The translations under genes were made by a program, and so were the position numbers. The notes beneath the pieces are model-generated. The model saw nothing but the letters and a program-made list of their open reading frames with translations. It had not been told where the DNA came from and searched no databases. A DNA stretch of 64,000 nucleotides from Stegostoma tigrinum (taxonomy: Eukaryota). Of this stretch, positions 12,068-24,299 are shown piece after piece. Where the stretch lies: assembly GCF_030684315.1 (NCBI RefSeq), contig NC_081387.1, positions 10,622,822-10,686,821 of the forward strand. Direction: 5' to 3'. Within the stretch, counting starts at the first letter, position 1; every line of letters begins with the position of its first letter.

Positions 12068-13339
12068 AGGTAATTTGAGCTAATAGTTTTGCTTATTTGT
12101 TTGTATATGTTAAGTAGATTAAGCTAATAAATTAGAAATGTATTAAAATGCGCATGTCTTCTAGTAATTATTTTAATGAGACTTTTTAGAACCCTTTAAG
12201 TACCCCCAACCTAACAATACAGACCATGCGAGGTACAATTACACTAATCAAAAAATTTCAGCTAGAAACAAAAACAGAAAGTGCTGGAGAAACTCAGCAG
12301 GTGCGACAGCATATGTGGAGAGAGAAACAGATCTCACGCTTCAAGTCCAATAATAGCTCTTCTTCGGAGTCTTCTGTTGCTGTCTCCACAGATGCTGAGT
12401 TTCTCTAGCATTTTCAATTTTTATTTCAGATGTATAATATCCTCAGTGTTTTGCTTTTACTTTCAAAACACAGGTTGAAGTACCCTACAATCATCGTATC
12501 TTGCATGAGAAACGCACGTCGTGGCCAATTGTGTGGTAAACAAATCCTAGTCTCAATCAATCTTCACTGCTTCATTCATCATTGCAGATTGAAGAGAGTC
12601 ATCTCTGCGAAGCAGAAGTAATCACGGGTGACCTGAACAGTGGTATCTGCGGGCCATAATTCACAGGCAATCCAAGAGCTCGGAGACTGTATGAGGGACC
12701 AGAGCTCATTTCCCCTCAATTTAAAATGTTAGATATTTACCAAGATGCTCTTGTACAAAATGCAGCCTTTCTTGGGCGATCTGGCGACAAGATATCAATA
12801 ACTACACAGAACATACAATCTTGGTCTGTACTTGTACAGCTTGGTTTTTAGAGCAGTTATTGGAAAAAGGCAAAAATACCATGTAAGAGTCCTCCTTGTC
12901 ACACTCTCAGACAGGGTGTGCTGCATAATCTTAGTATGCTATACTCTGCACAATTACAGCAGTTAAAGAAGGGATGTGATAGACACCGAGGAGCAGGGAG
13001 AGTAGCCGCAGTTCTTGTAAGGAGGAAGATGAGGACATTGAGCAGGATGCGCATTCCCTTCAACATGACAGAGCACAGCAGCATCAAATGTAACTAGCCA
13101 GACAGGATTGCAGTCTGTGTGCAATAAATATGAGCAAGGCGCAGTGATCAATTATTGACTATACATTTGTTTCTATTCAAAAGACGTGCAGATCCTGTCA
13201 ATTTGTTTTGTGTTCATTTTTGCTGTTGTTGAGCATAAGTAACAGTTTTCAATTGTTTGAAAGCTTACAAGTTTCTAATGGTCTAATATTGAACAATAAT
13301 AAAAGTGTATGTATGCATTGACCATTGGAGATGGTGTGG

Positions 13340-13920
13340 CAGGTGGAGACAGCAGTGAACAAAACATTCAGTGGTCTCAGCTTTATTAAGAGGCCCATAG
13401 ATTACAAGACCAAGGAGATGATATTGAGCTTGTACAATACAATTACGAGACCTCAGCTGAAAATTGTGTGCAGTTCTGAGTAACATAACAAAGATGTGAA
13501 GTATTGGAGAGACAGAAGAAGGGATTTACAAACACAGTTCCAGGGAAGATGAACAGATGGAAGAAGTTACGATTACTCTCCTGAGAGAGAAGGAGGTTAA
13601 AAGGAGATTTGGTTGAGGTTTTCAAAATCATGAGCAGGCTGGACAGAGCAGTTAGGGAGAACTTGTTTCTATTCATTAAAAATAGACCAAGAGGCAATAG
13701 ATTTCAAGTAATGTGCAAATAAATAAAGAGTGATGTGAGAAAAAAAGAACTTTTTCACACAGCAAATAGTTAGAGTTGGATTGCACTGCCTGGAAGAGTG
13801 GTGGATTCAGGTTCGCTTGTGGATTTTAAGAGGGTATAAGGGAATTATTTAGATAGCAATGGTGTGCAGGGATATGGAGGAAAAAGCAGGAGATTTGCAC
13901 TAGGTAATAGACTGGCATAA
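13340..13920 (+). mobile_element. CR1 LINE 3' fragment
   Basis: Degenerate RT C-terminal region (cctcagctgaaaattgtgtgcagttctg) and 3' UTR. Confidence 0.75.
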
Positions 13921-14259
13921 TGCACCAAATGGAGAATTGCACGGCCAAATTCATTCATGAAACTCAGTAAAATTGACATTTACTGATTTGTTAAATCCAA
14001 TCACAAGAAATCAAAAATAGTTTACATCCAGCAAGTTTCTTTTTTGTGAACTGGGAAATGTGATAGCCAATTTACACACAGCAACATCCCACTAAAATAA
14101 TATGAAAATGAATAGGCAATTTGTGTAAGCATCATTTTGTAAGGAATACATATTGCTGAAGAAATTGGTTTCAATACTCTGATTTTCTTCAACACAATGC
14201 CATAGAATCTGTTAAATTCACTTGCAAAAGCACAATATTTCCAGAAAGATAGCACTTGC

Positions 14260-14540
14260 AATTGTGCAGCACTCCCACACTATACCTTTTATTGCGCAGC
14301 ATTCCACACTTACCCTCCTCTGAAGGTATAGCACTCAAAACCACACTCCTCAAGATGTGGCTGTCCATTAGCACTACACCTCCAACAGTGCTGAATTCCT
14401 TCAGCATTGCCTTGAAAGAAGTGTCACACTCCGTCAGAATTGACCCTCTGACAGTGTGGCACTCCCTCAACATTGACCGTCTGACAGTGTGACACTCCCT
14501 CAGTACTGAATCTCTGACACTGGCAGCACTTCCTGAGCAT
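14260..14540 (+). repeat. Degenerate copies of the 33-bp SINE-derived repeat
   Basis: ctccctcagtactgaatctctgacactggcagca and variants, homologous to the 25596-26170 array. Confidence 0.7.
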
Positions 14541-15199
14541 GAAATACGTTTATTAACATGCATCATCTACAGTTCTGGATATAATGAAGTTGCAAAACCT
14601 CTCCAGAATGTGACATGTATTCCTTAAACTTTTGAAAATTTCAGTCATGAATGTTAATCCTATTTTCAAATATTGTCTCATTCACTGATTTGTAATATTG
14701 CTGAAAATAGAATTGTAATGCAGTGTTTGTGACCCTTGGTAACCCTTTGAGCGGAGGCAAAGCTCTAAGATTGTCACACTATGTCTGCTTTTGCCACATG
14801 TCCTGTTTTCAATCATTACTTATTCCAAATTTGATCTCCACAATAGCCATAACAATCTGATTGAAAACAGATGTGTCTTTGAGGAACTCATCCCTTACTC
14901 CATACATTGTACTTTCCACTTCAAACCGTGGTTCCTGACATTCCTGACAAATCCAAATTCCAAGCTTAATTAGATTCCATCATCCAAAGCCCCACAGCTT
15001 CATTTGTCACTTCCAAAGCTAAGGGTGAAATCGTGGAGGTGCCAGATTCTATTAAACACTCCCAAGCTAATCCATTCCCATTTCTAATAGATTTCACCAC
15101 CCATCAAATTTCCAAAGGGCTTCTTTCAACTCACTCTCACTCCTGGTGGAGCAGTAATAGAGAGGAATGTAGTTTATTGCAACAGGAATGGAACATAAC

Positions 15200-15990
15200 A
15201 GTGTGCCATGGAGTCATTGAGTTCATACAGCATGGAAAGGTACCTCTCGTCCCATCTTGTCTGTGCTGATCAGATATCCTAAATTGATTAAGTTCTCATT
15301 TGCCAGCATTTGGCTAATTTTCCTCGAAACCCTTCCTTATTCATGCCCCTGTCCAGATGTCTTCTAAATGTTGTAATTGTACTCACTTCTACCACCTCTT
15401 CTGGCACCTCATTCCATACACCCTCAAGCCAATTTTTTATCCAGTTGACTAGCCCCACCTGAATTCCACGCGATCTAATCTGACCTACCAGTTTGCCATA
15501 CGAAATACCTTGCTGAAGTTATGGTAGATAGGCACGGGTGGAGTGTTAATGTTGTTGGATTGAGCAATTGAGAACACCTTCAGCCAACGTTTGGGGATTT
15601 CGGCTCTATTCCCAGCTTGGTAGACAGTGAAATTTGAATGCTACAAAAATCCGCAGTTGAGAAAGCTGGCCTAATGGTTTCTGTGAATGATCAAATGATG
15701 CTTTTCACATTGTACAAAAGAGTAGAATGAAGGGTCATACCTTTAAAAATACGTGCATTCCTTTTGAGATGGACGTGATGAGATATGTATACTCATTGCC
15801 ACGGAGTGCAGTGGAGGCCGGGACGTTAAATGCCTTCAAGGCAGAGATCGATAAATTCTTGATTTCACAAGGAACCAAGGGCTACAGGAAGAGTGCAGGG
15901 AAATGGTGTTGAAATGCCCATTAGCCATGATTAAATGGCGGAGTGGACTCGATGGGCTAAATGGCCTTACTTCCACTCCTCTGTCTTCTG
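15200..15990. mobile_element. CR1 3' fragments (15200-15520 minus; 15720-15990 plus)
   Basis: CR1 3' UTR motifs (gcagtggaggcc...ttcaaggcagagatcgataaattcttg; gatgggctaaatggcct). Confidence 0.7.
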
Positions 15991-16057
15991 GTCTAATGGT
16001 CTTATGTTTATCTCTCAGATGGTTATGAGTCATGGAAATCTCTTTGCTGGAGAGGAG

Positions 16058-16390
16058 GGCAGCATGGTGGCTCAGTGGTTAGCACTGCTGCCTCACAGTG
16101 CCAGGGATATGTGCTGGGTGATTGTCTGTGTGGGGTTGGCACATTATCCCCATCACTGCATGGATATCCACTGGGTGCCCTGGTTTCATTCCACAGTCCT
16201 AACCAGTGCAGGTTAGATGAATTGGCCCTGTCAAATTGTCCTTTGTAGCCAGGGATATGCAGGGTTGGTGGCTTAGTTATTGTAAATGTGTGGTTACGCA
16301 GATAGGGTGGGTGTTGGAATACTCATTGGATGGTTGGCACAGAGTCAATGGGGTGAAAGGCCTCGAAACGCACTGTAGGACTTCTATGTT
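16058..16390 (+). mobile_element. HE1-like V-SINE
   Basis: gggcagcatggtggctcagtggttagcactgctgcctcacagtgccaggga head. Confidence 0.85.
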
Positions 16391-16659
16391 GGAGTAGTGT
16401 CATTGAATAATTTCAAGGCAGGCTTAGTTAAATCCTTGATTATCACGTGAGTCAAATGTTAATTGGGGAATATAGAGGTGAAGCCAAAGTCAGGTCAGAC
16501 ATTTTATTGAATGACAGTGCAAGTGAAAGGGGATAAGTAATCTCTTCCTGCTTCAAGTTTGTATGTTCGCAAGAAAAAGAGGGAGATTCTGAGCGAGGGA
16601 GAGATTCCAACTGTCATCATTATTAATCAGAATTAATCACCATTATTAATTACTGACAG

Positions 16660-19600
16660 AGTGTAGTGGTGGTGGAGGGTTGCTTTTAGGACTGCAGAAC
16701 TGTGGCCAGCGTTGTGCCTCAAGAATCAGTACTGGGTCCACTGGTATTGGTCATTAATGTAAGTGATTTAAATGTGAACATGGGAAGTATGGGTAGTGAG
16801 TTTGCAGATGACATCAAAATTGGAGGTGTGGTGAGCAGCGGAGAGGGTTACCTCACAGGACAACAGGACCTTGATCAGTTGGGTCAATTCGCTGAGGCAT
16901 GGCTGATAGAGTTTAATTTAGATAAATCTGAGGTTCTACATTTTGGAAAGGTGAATCAGGGCAGGACTTATACACTTTATGGTAAGGTATTGGGGCGCGT
17001 TGCTAAACAAAGAGACCTTGGAGTGCAGGTTCATAGTTCCTTGAAAGTGGACTCGCAGGAAGATAGGACAGTGAAGATGTTTCGTATATGCAGTGATTGG
17101 AATCGGGTGGATCTTTTGAACTGCTAGATCCTTGGTTAGCATTATTGACCACAGCCAATCAGGAAGCCCTGGCTGACCAATATAAACAGGTCATTTAGAA
17201 TCTCCTCACTTCAGAGGGCAGACTCCGAGCTGGCTGGTCACAGCTAGTGAACTGTGCACAAGAAAACAAAGGGTAACTTGGAGACAGGGTATCAACCTCT
17301 GTGCAGTTATTTCAGGGATGACGGGGATGAGATGTCATTTACTCACAGGGAATTTGAGCATTTCCTAAAGGTGAATGCCATTCAACACATAAGCTCCATG
17401 CCATCTGTCATCCAATGATCTAGTAGAAAGTGCAATCCAAACATTGAAGGCAGGCTTAAAGAAGCAGCCTACAATGTTCCTTGATACCAAACCGACCCAG
17501 TTCCTGTTCAATTAGGGGACCACCCCTCATGCAACAGTGGGGTTAGCTTCACCAGGTTAAACATGATGTTTCCAGCCCTGGGTGAAATGGCAGCTGGAGT
17601 GTCCAATTGTGTATACTCCCAGGACTTTGACTGATGCCAAATGCAAGGATGCCCAGATAGAGAAGAAAGGTTTGGAGTTCCACCAGCAATTTTATGGATG
17701 GGAATTCGTCATAGTCACAAATCACAAATCCTCGCTAGGGATATTGAAGGAAGACGAGGTGGTGCCGCCATAGATCCTGGTAGAATTAAGTGGTGAGCCC
17801 TTATTTTCAGTGTGTAAAAGTATGAGTTAGAACACCTTCCAGGAAGCTAACTGGCCAATGCAGATGCCTTGAGCCATGTCCCACTGGCTGGCAGATACAT
17901 CACCAGTGATGCCTCCACTGGAAAAGTCTGTTTCAGTTTTAAATTTCCTGGACACCGTTCCAGTCACTGCTGACAATATCTGACTGTGGACACAAAACCT
18001 TGCTGTCCTGGCAAAACTAAAAATGCCGGTGGTAATGGAGAAACAGGCAGGCCATCACAAACCAGATTGAAACCTTTCTGGGCCCGATGGAACTACATTA
18101 CCATAGAGGACAGCATATTACAATGGGGAGCAATGGTGATTGTACTGAGTAAATGCCACCACCTGATACTGGCTGAACTCCACCAGGATTACCATGGGGT
18201 TTCCAAGAAAAAGGTGCTGACAAGAACCTATGCTTAATAACATAAAATATAGAACATTACAGCACAGTACAGGCCCTTCGGCCCTCGATGTTGTGCCAAC
18301 CTGTCATACCGATCTGAAGTCCATCTAACCTACACTATTCCATGTACGTCCATATGCTTATCCTGGCCTAATGGTCAGGATTGGTTGATGACATAGATGC
18401 ATTGGAGTGGCAGTGCCTAGTGTGCCAATATGGACAAAAATGGCCACCAGCACAGTCATGGGAATCGCCAGGTAAACTCTGAACTCAGTTGTATGTCGAC
18501 AATGCTGGTCCTTTCATAAGCTCAGTGTTCCTGGTTATTGTTGGCGCCCATTCAAAGTGGTTGGACATGTATAAAGTTCATTCGGCAGACTCAGGGATGA
18601 TGATTGAGAAGCTGCAAGCATTGTTCACGACACATGGACTCTTGGAAGTTTCAGTCACTGGCAATAGGGCATCAGTCACCAGCAGGGAATTGGAATATTT
18701 CCAAAAGTCACATAGCATTTGGTACATAAGGACAGCTCCATCTCATCCATCATCAATTGGCCTGGCAGATAAAGCAGTCCACATGTGAAGGCAGACTTAA
18801 AGGAGCAGCCTGTAGCATCACGTGATACCATATTGCCCCAGTATATGTTTGTCGATTATAGGACCAGCCCGCAAGCAACAACAGGGGTATCTCCAGGAGA
18901 GTTACTGATGGTGAGAAGACTCCACGCCAGGTTAAATCTGATATTCCCAGACCTTGGAGGGGTGGGTGAAATGGCATCAGGAACACAAATGCTGGCCATA
19001 TGACCCCTCTAAGCGAGAGCAACAATTTAATTCAGGAGTTGAAGTTTGGTGCCGGGATCAATGAAATGGCCCTGCATGGGTACAAGACAAGTTGACGCAA
19101 GATCAGGCCCCATGACTTACAAAGTTCGCATAGGCGAGGCAGTCCTGAACCAACCTGTGGGTCACCTGAAAGCTATTAGTTTGCAATCAGATCAGGAGTA
19201 AAACATACCTGGCCCCTCAGAGCAGCCAGAATGCCTATCAGAAAATGTAGGTTCTCCCCCTCCATCGAGGAAACTTCAGAGTCCAAGATGGATGCAGCTC
19301 TAATACCAGTGCCTCTGGAAGGAGAGGAGGAAACTCTCCTGAGATGCTCCGGACACAAAAGACGTGCAGTTATTTCAGTGATGATGGAGATGAGATGTCA
19401 TTTATTCATGGGGAATTCGAACATTACCGAAAGTTGAATGCCATTCAGCACTTCAGGACAGCTCCATACCATCTATCATCCAATGATCTAGTAGAAAGTG
19501 AAATCCAAACATTGAAAGCAGGCTTAACGAAGCAGCCTACAATGTTCCATGATGCCAGTAGATGCTGCCTGTGTCAGAATCCAAGTCAGACGAACTGGAC

Positions 19601-20940
19601 ATGGGGTGAAAATGTTGCAGGGAAAGCTGCCAAAGGCTGTGGGAGTTCTGGTGGGGGAGACGGGGGATGAGGGCTGGGGGTGGTGGAAGGGATGTTGTGA
19701 TTGAAACCAGGTGCATCTTGTTGGCTATGAGATCCTTGATTGTGTTTGTTAACCTGGGCCAATCAGGAAAGCCCAGGCTGACCAATATAAACCTGGAGCT
19801 CAGTGCTATGAGAATTGTACACTGTAAATTTTTTATCATGTTAAAAAGAGCTGTAAAAACAGATGTTTAATGTGCAACTATTGTCACACCATGTGTGATC
19901 ATCTCCTCCCTCTGCAACCCCCATCCCCACCCGATTTGTGAGATGCTAGGATCAGTCTTGGGTGCAGATAGTCTCTTTCCTAGTTAATTTTTTTTTGCTT
20001 GTTCACAGCTTTGTTGCAAATGTTTTGAAATCTACATTATTTACTTGGAAGATTATCTATTTTGTATATAAACAAATTTAATGAAACAATTGATTGATTT
20101 TGATAACCTTATCATGGACTTTGCGTCTGTTACATTGAAACCAATGGTGTTTTTCCTTTATTGCTGCTCAGCACTTCAACACTCAGTTGCTGAAGCTTTT
20201 CATTCTGAGCTAATAAACTTCGGGGCTCTACACAAAATATATAAACTCCGAGCTGGCTAGCTACAACAAGTATACTGAGTTCAAGTAAATCAAGCGTAAC
20301 TTGGTGATGGGAAACCCGCCTCTGTGCAGTTATTTCAGTATGTTTGCTTTTATTGGTCGGTGCATTAAGTGTAGGAGTTGAGAGGCCATGTTGCAGCTGT
20401 ACATTGATTCGGCCACTTTTGGAATAGTGTGTTCCATTCTGGTCTCCCTGCTATAGGAAGGGCTTGTAAACTTGAAAGGTTTCAGAAATGAATTACAAGC
20501 TTGTTGCCCGGGATGGAGGGTTTGAGATGCAAGGAGAGGATGAATAGGCTGAGGCTATTTGCCCTGGTGCTTCGGAGGCTGAGGAATGGTTACAGATGTT
20601 TATAAAATCACAAGAGGCTGGGATAGGGTAAATAGCCAAGGTATTTTCCTGGGGCAGAGAAGTGCAGGACCAGAGGGCATAAGTTTAACGTGAGACAGGG
20701 AAGATTTAAAAAGGGCCTAAGGGGTAACTTTTTCACTCACAGGGTGGTGCGTGTATGGAATGAGCTGCCAGTGGAAGTGGTGGAGGCTGGTACAAATGCA
20801 CCATTTAAAAGGCATCTGGGTGGGTAAGTGACTAGGAGGGGTTTAGTGGACCAAATGCTGGCCAGTAGGAGGCTATGTGGTCAGCGTGGGCGAATTGGAA
20901 CAATGGTCTGTTTCCGTGCTGTGCAGCTCCATGGTTCTGT
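16660..20940 (+). mobile_element. CR1 LINE ORF2/3' end, split by a Gypsy insertion (CR1 parts 16660-17088 and 20338-20940)
   Basis: ORF 16702-17127 has SVVPQESVLGP...EFADDIKIGG (CR1 RT motifs). The CR1 sequence resumes after 20337. Confidence 0.9.
17089..20337 (+). mobile_element. Defective Gypsy (Ty3) LTR retrotransposon with short LTRs (17089-17314; 19693-20337, interrupted) and RNase H/integrase remnants
   Basis: LTRs start TG and end ...gtgcagttatttCA. TSD gtata (17084-88)/gtatg (20338-42). Degenerate tRNA-Ser(GCU)-like PBS after the LTR and a G-rich PPT. ORFs FHQQFYGWEFVIVTNHK (RNase H), ELHQDYHGVSK (IN zinc domain), YVDNAGP...VIVGAHSKW and TAPSHPSSIGLAD (IN core). Confidence 0.85.
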
Positions 20941-21017
20941 TACACTATGATCACCAGAGATTCCTGAGTATGCTAATGATTCTCTCGTTTTTGTTTTGTT
21001 TTCTTTTCACAAACAAG

Positions 21018-21129
21018 GTGGGAGTTTATAGGCTTCATCCTGCTTGTGAGCCATGTGATAATTTGCTGGCACAGACTCCCAACCCAGGGAGTGTCTGTCT
21101 CAGGAGCTCCGCTGCGAACTGTAAAAGAG
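21018..21129 (+). CDS. Candidate small peptide-precursor gene, exon 2 (R-WEFIGFILLVSHVIICWHRLPTQGVSVSGAPLRTVKE)
   Basis: Branch-like CTAAT near 20973, long polypyrimidine tract, acceptor aacaag|G, donor AAGAG|GTAAAG. Sequence is not recognisably repeat-derived and encodes a hydrophobic core. Confidence 0.5.
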
Positions 21130-23202
21130 GTAAAGACTTCACACGGATATTGGCAGAGTGCTGATAATTATTCATGAGCTTTGTGAAAGTTCATTTCTGC
21201 TGATCATTATTCGGGTTGTTTGTGTTTTTATCTCCTGTGTGTGAATTGCAAAAGTTGCCAGTACTAGGTTCCTTGTCAGTGAATTAATCTGCTTCAAAAC
21301 TAATATTTCAATGCTGGGAAGGGCTGTAGGCATTGTCCTCAGTCCCCATCACAAATACCATTCCTTAACCACTGATGCCCTCTCAGATTTGACAGGCGAT
21401 GACACAATCTTGAAATTCATTGCATCCAAAATGCTGCTGCCATGTTGAAACTTGTGCCACACCCTCCTCACCATCACCTTCTCATTCTGATTGAACTGCG
21501 TTGGCTCCCAGTCTGAATCAGTCTCAACTTCGAAATACTGCAAAAACTGCAAAAAATATTGCGAAATAATCCAGAAACTGGGCTGTCTGCAATTTTTCAA
21601 TGAAGCAGAAATGAAGTTTGAGGGATGTCACCTCATTTTCCATGTAGACACTTTACAGACTTGATGTTTCCAGGTTGATGTTTCCAGTTCAGTAACTTCA
21701 AAATCACATAATTGTGTTGGAGAGACCAGGATCTGAGGGCACACCCTCAGAGTGGAGGAATTTCTTCAGCCAGAGGGTGGTGAATCTGTGGAAGTTATTG
21801 CAATGGAGGGTATGGAGGCCAAGTCACTGAGTGTATGTAACATAGAGCGAGACAGGTTCTTGAATAACAAGGAATGAGGGGATCAAAGGTCACAGCAAGC
21901 AGCTAGGAGAATGGGGTTGAGTAACATCAATCAGAATAAATGGCAGAACAGACTCAGTGGGGCAAATGGCCGAATTCTAATTTCATTCATTCACAGGCTG
22001 AAGGCAAGATCAGTGATAATTGCCAATCCCTAATGGGGTAGTGAAGTGTCAATCACATTGATGTGGGTCAGGAGCCACATGTAGGCCAAACTGAGTAAAG
22101 ATGGCAGTTTCCTTCCCTAAAGGACATTGGTAAACCAGATGGGTTTTTTTCCCCAAAAACTGACAATTGTGTCATGGTCATCTGTAGATTCATAATTCCA
22201 GATTTTGTTTATTGAATTCAAACTTCACCATCTGTCATGGCAGGATTTAAATCCAGGTCCCCAGAACATTACTTAGGTCTCTGGATAACAGTCTAGGAAT
22301 AGTACCACCAGGCCATTGTCTCCCCATTATTCTACTCCTGTATCATATGCCCTTACGCTTGTCCATTTTTCTTACATTCTCTCCCCCGATCACCCCCAAG
22401 CCACCCAACCTACCCACACAGCCCATTGAGGAGCAGGGAAGTTAATGTTTCATCCCAAACATTGACTTCCATACTCCTCAGATGCTGGCTGACCTGCTGC
22501 GTTTTCCAGCCCCGCATTTATTAACTCTGGCTTCCAGGATCTGCAGTCCTTTCTGCCTCTACACAGCCCTTTTTTGTCTGCATCTTACTTACTTCACACT
22601 TAGCAGAAGAGACCAATTCTCTCCATTTCACAGCGAAATTTACACCCACCTTACACCTTTTTTTTCACACCATTTACAACACCTGTGTCTTTCGCACCGT
22701 GGCCTCCTCTGCCAAATACGTATAACAAAAAAGCAGTGTTTGCCGACATTGGCAAATTGTGTGAAATTACGCATTCATGTTCACAGGGGAATGTGCAGTT
22801 CCCAGTGTGGAATCTGGGACCAGGAAGGGTGGCAACAAGGAAAGGCCAGGACCTGGGAGGGGGCAGTGTAAGGAAAGCCCAGGAGGTGGGAGGGCCATTT
22901 CCTCCTCTGTCTTCCTTCTGTGCTCTTTCCAGCTCTCTTACCACGGGTGACCTTGTTTTCAAATGCTCCATGGTCTCGCTGTTTTCAGCCTCTATTACCT
23001 CCTCCTACTCTACATACCTCCAACTGCTCTGGGCTTTTCTAACTATGACCTTATGTTCCATCTGCCCCAGTCATTCTCCCCATCACTGATAGCTGTGTAT
23101 TGCAGCTGCACCGTTGAACATCCCCCATGAACAACACCCTCTAGCCCATTTAACATGTGCCTTTAAGCTTAAATCTTTGACCAAGTTCTTAAATCTATCT
23201 AG

Positions 23203-23690
23203 TCCTGAGGAAGAATCATTGGGCACGAAATGGTAACTCTGATTTCTCACTACAGATGTTGCCAGATTTGCTGAGCAGATTTCTGTTTTTGCTCCTTAAA
23301 TCTATTTGTGACTCCATCTCAGATGATATATAATTTCCCAGTGAAGCATCTAGGACACTGAAGGTGCTCCACCTTGCAAATAAAACAAAACAAAGAACTG
23401 CAGATGCTGGGCATTTGAAACTAAAACAGAAATTGCTGGAGAAACTCAACAGGCTTGACAGCATCTGTGGAGAGAAAACATTTTGAGTCCAGTGACCACT
23501 TATTTAAAAAAAAAATCAACAATCCTCTTGCCTGCCTAACCCTTTTCCTTTCTTTCTCTGGACTCCATCTCCACCTGCCCACCCACGCTTTTCCACATCC
23601 CCATCCCCATCCCCATCCATCAGCATAAATATCACCTTTTCCCAGCTGCTATCAGCTCTGAGGAAAGGTCATTAGACTCACATTAACCTG
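23203..23690. mobile_element. Penelope-derived family B element (inverted arms)
   Basis: CTGAGGA...CGAAA hammerhead-like core at 23205; inverted copy at 23380-23500. Confidence 0.55.
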
Positions 23691-24206
23691 TAACTGGAAG
23701 CATTTAAGGGGATGTGTTAGCTTGGCGGTACAAACACAGGGCCGTAAACATGGAAATCCAGTTGGCATTGTGTGACCCCAGGTTCAAATCTGACTGCACA
23801 AATTGGTCAAATTTGGTTTTGATTAAAAATCTAATGATGACCATGAAATGATTGGCAGGAAGAGCCCATCTGGTTCACTAATGCCCTTTTGGGAAGGAAA
23901 CTGCTATCCTGACCTAATCTGATGTGGTTGTCACTTAACTGCCCTCCGGGCAACTAGGCCTGGATAGTAAATGACACCCTCATTCTGTCAAAGATTAATG
24001 CAAATAAACCTCTGCTTTCTCATCCTCAGGTGCTGCCAGATTTTTCCTGCAATTTCTGTTTTTGAAGCTCTGTGGCAGTACTGTTACCTATTGTCCTAAT
24101 TCTTTAATGCATGACTCAAAAAGTTATGTGATCACAAATGAATAATTATTTTGAGAGAGGGCAGTTCTTCTCTAACAATGATGTGAATTTATTCCAAACT
24201 TTCCAG

Positions 24207-24299
24207 GAGCAGCGAATCGCTGGATATAGAGTCCATGTGCTGAGGTGTGCTCTGTATGACTATTCTTGTGATTACATTGAAGTTCAAATTGCTGGATAA
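24207..24299 (+). CDS. Candidate small peptide-precursor gene, terminal exon (EQRIAGYRVHVLRCALYDYSCDYIEVQIAG*)
   Basis: Branch-like CTAAC near 24172, acceptor aactttccag|G, phase 0, stop TAA at 24297-24299. Confidence 0.4.
   Translation, partial: EQRIAGYRVHVLRCALYDYSCDYIEVQIAG

Larger units (their letters stand above)
10560..13150. mobile_element. Highly decayed PIF/Harbinger-like DNA transposon (transposase remnant on +, possible Myb/SANT remnant on -), interrupted by younger inserts
   Basis: Plus strand: GDK-(G)Y-like motif near 12783 and DRVCCIILVCYTLHN at about 12910-12955, resembling the Harbinger/HARBI1 C-terminal motif. Minus strand at about 10700-10870: ANLVSF..AR, TRKAW and NDL fragments resembling Myb/SANT partner proteins. 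Confidence 0.4.

Noticed and set aside
16058-16110. tRNA gene
   Set aside because: It is the tRNA-derived head of an HE1-like SINE, continues into the SINE body and does not form a full cloverleaf.
24207-24299. Resemblance of VLRCALYDYSCDYIEV to melanin-concentrating hormone
   Set aside because: Cys spacing is C-x6-C rather than C-x8-C, and the GRVYRPCW motif and dibasic site are absent.
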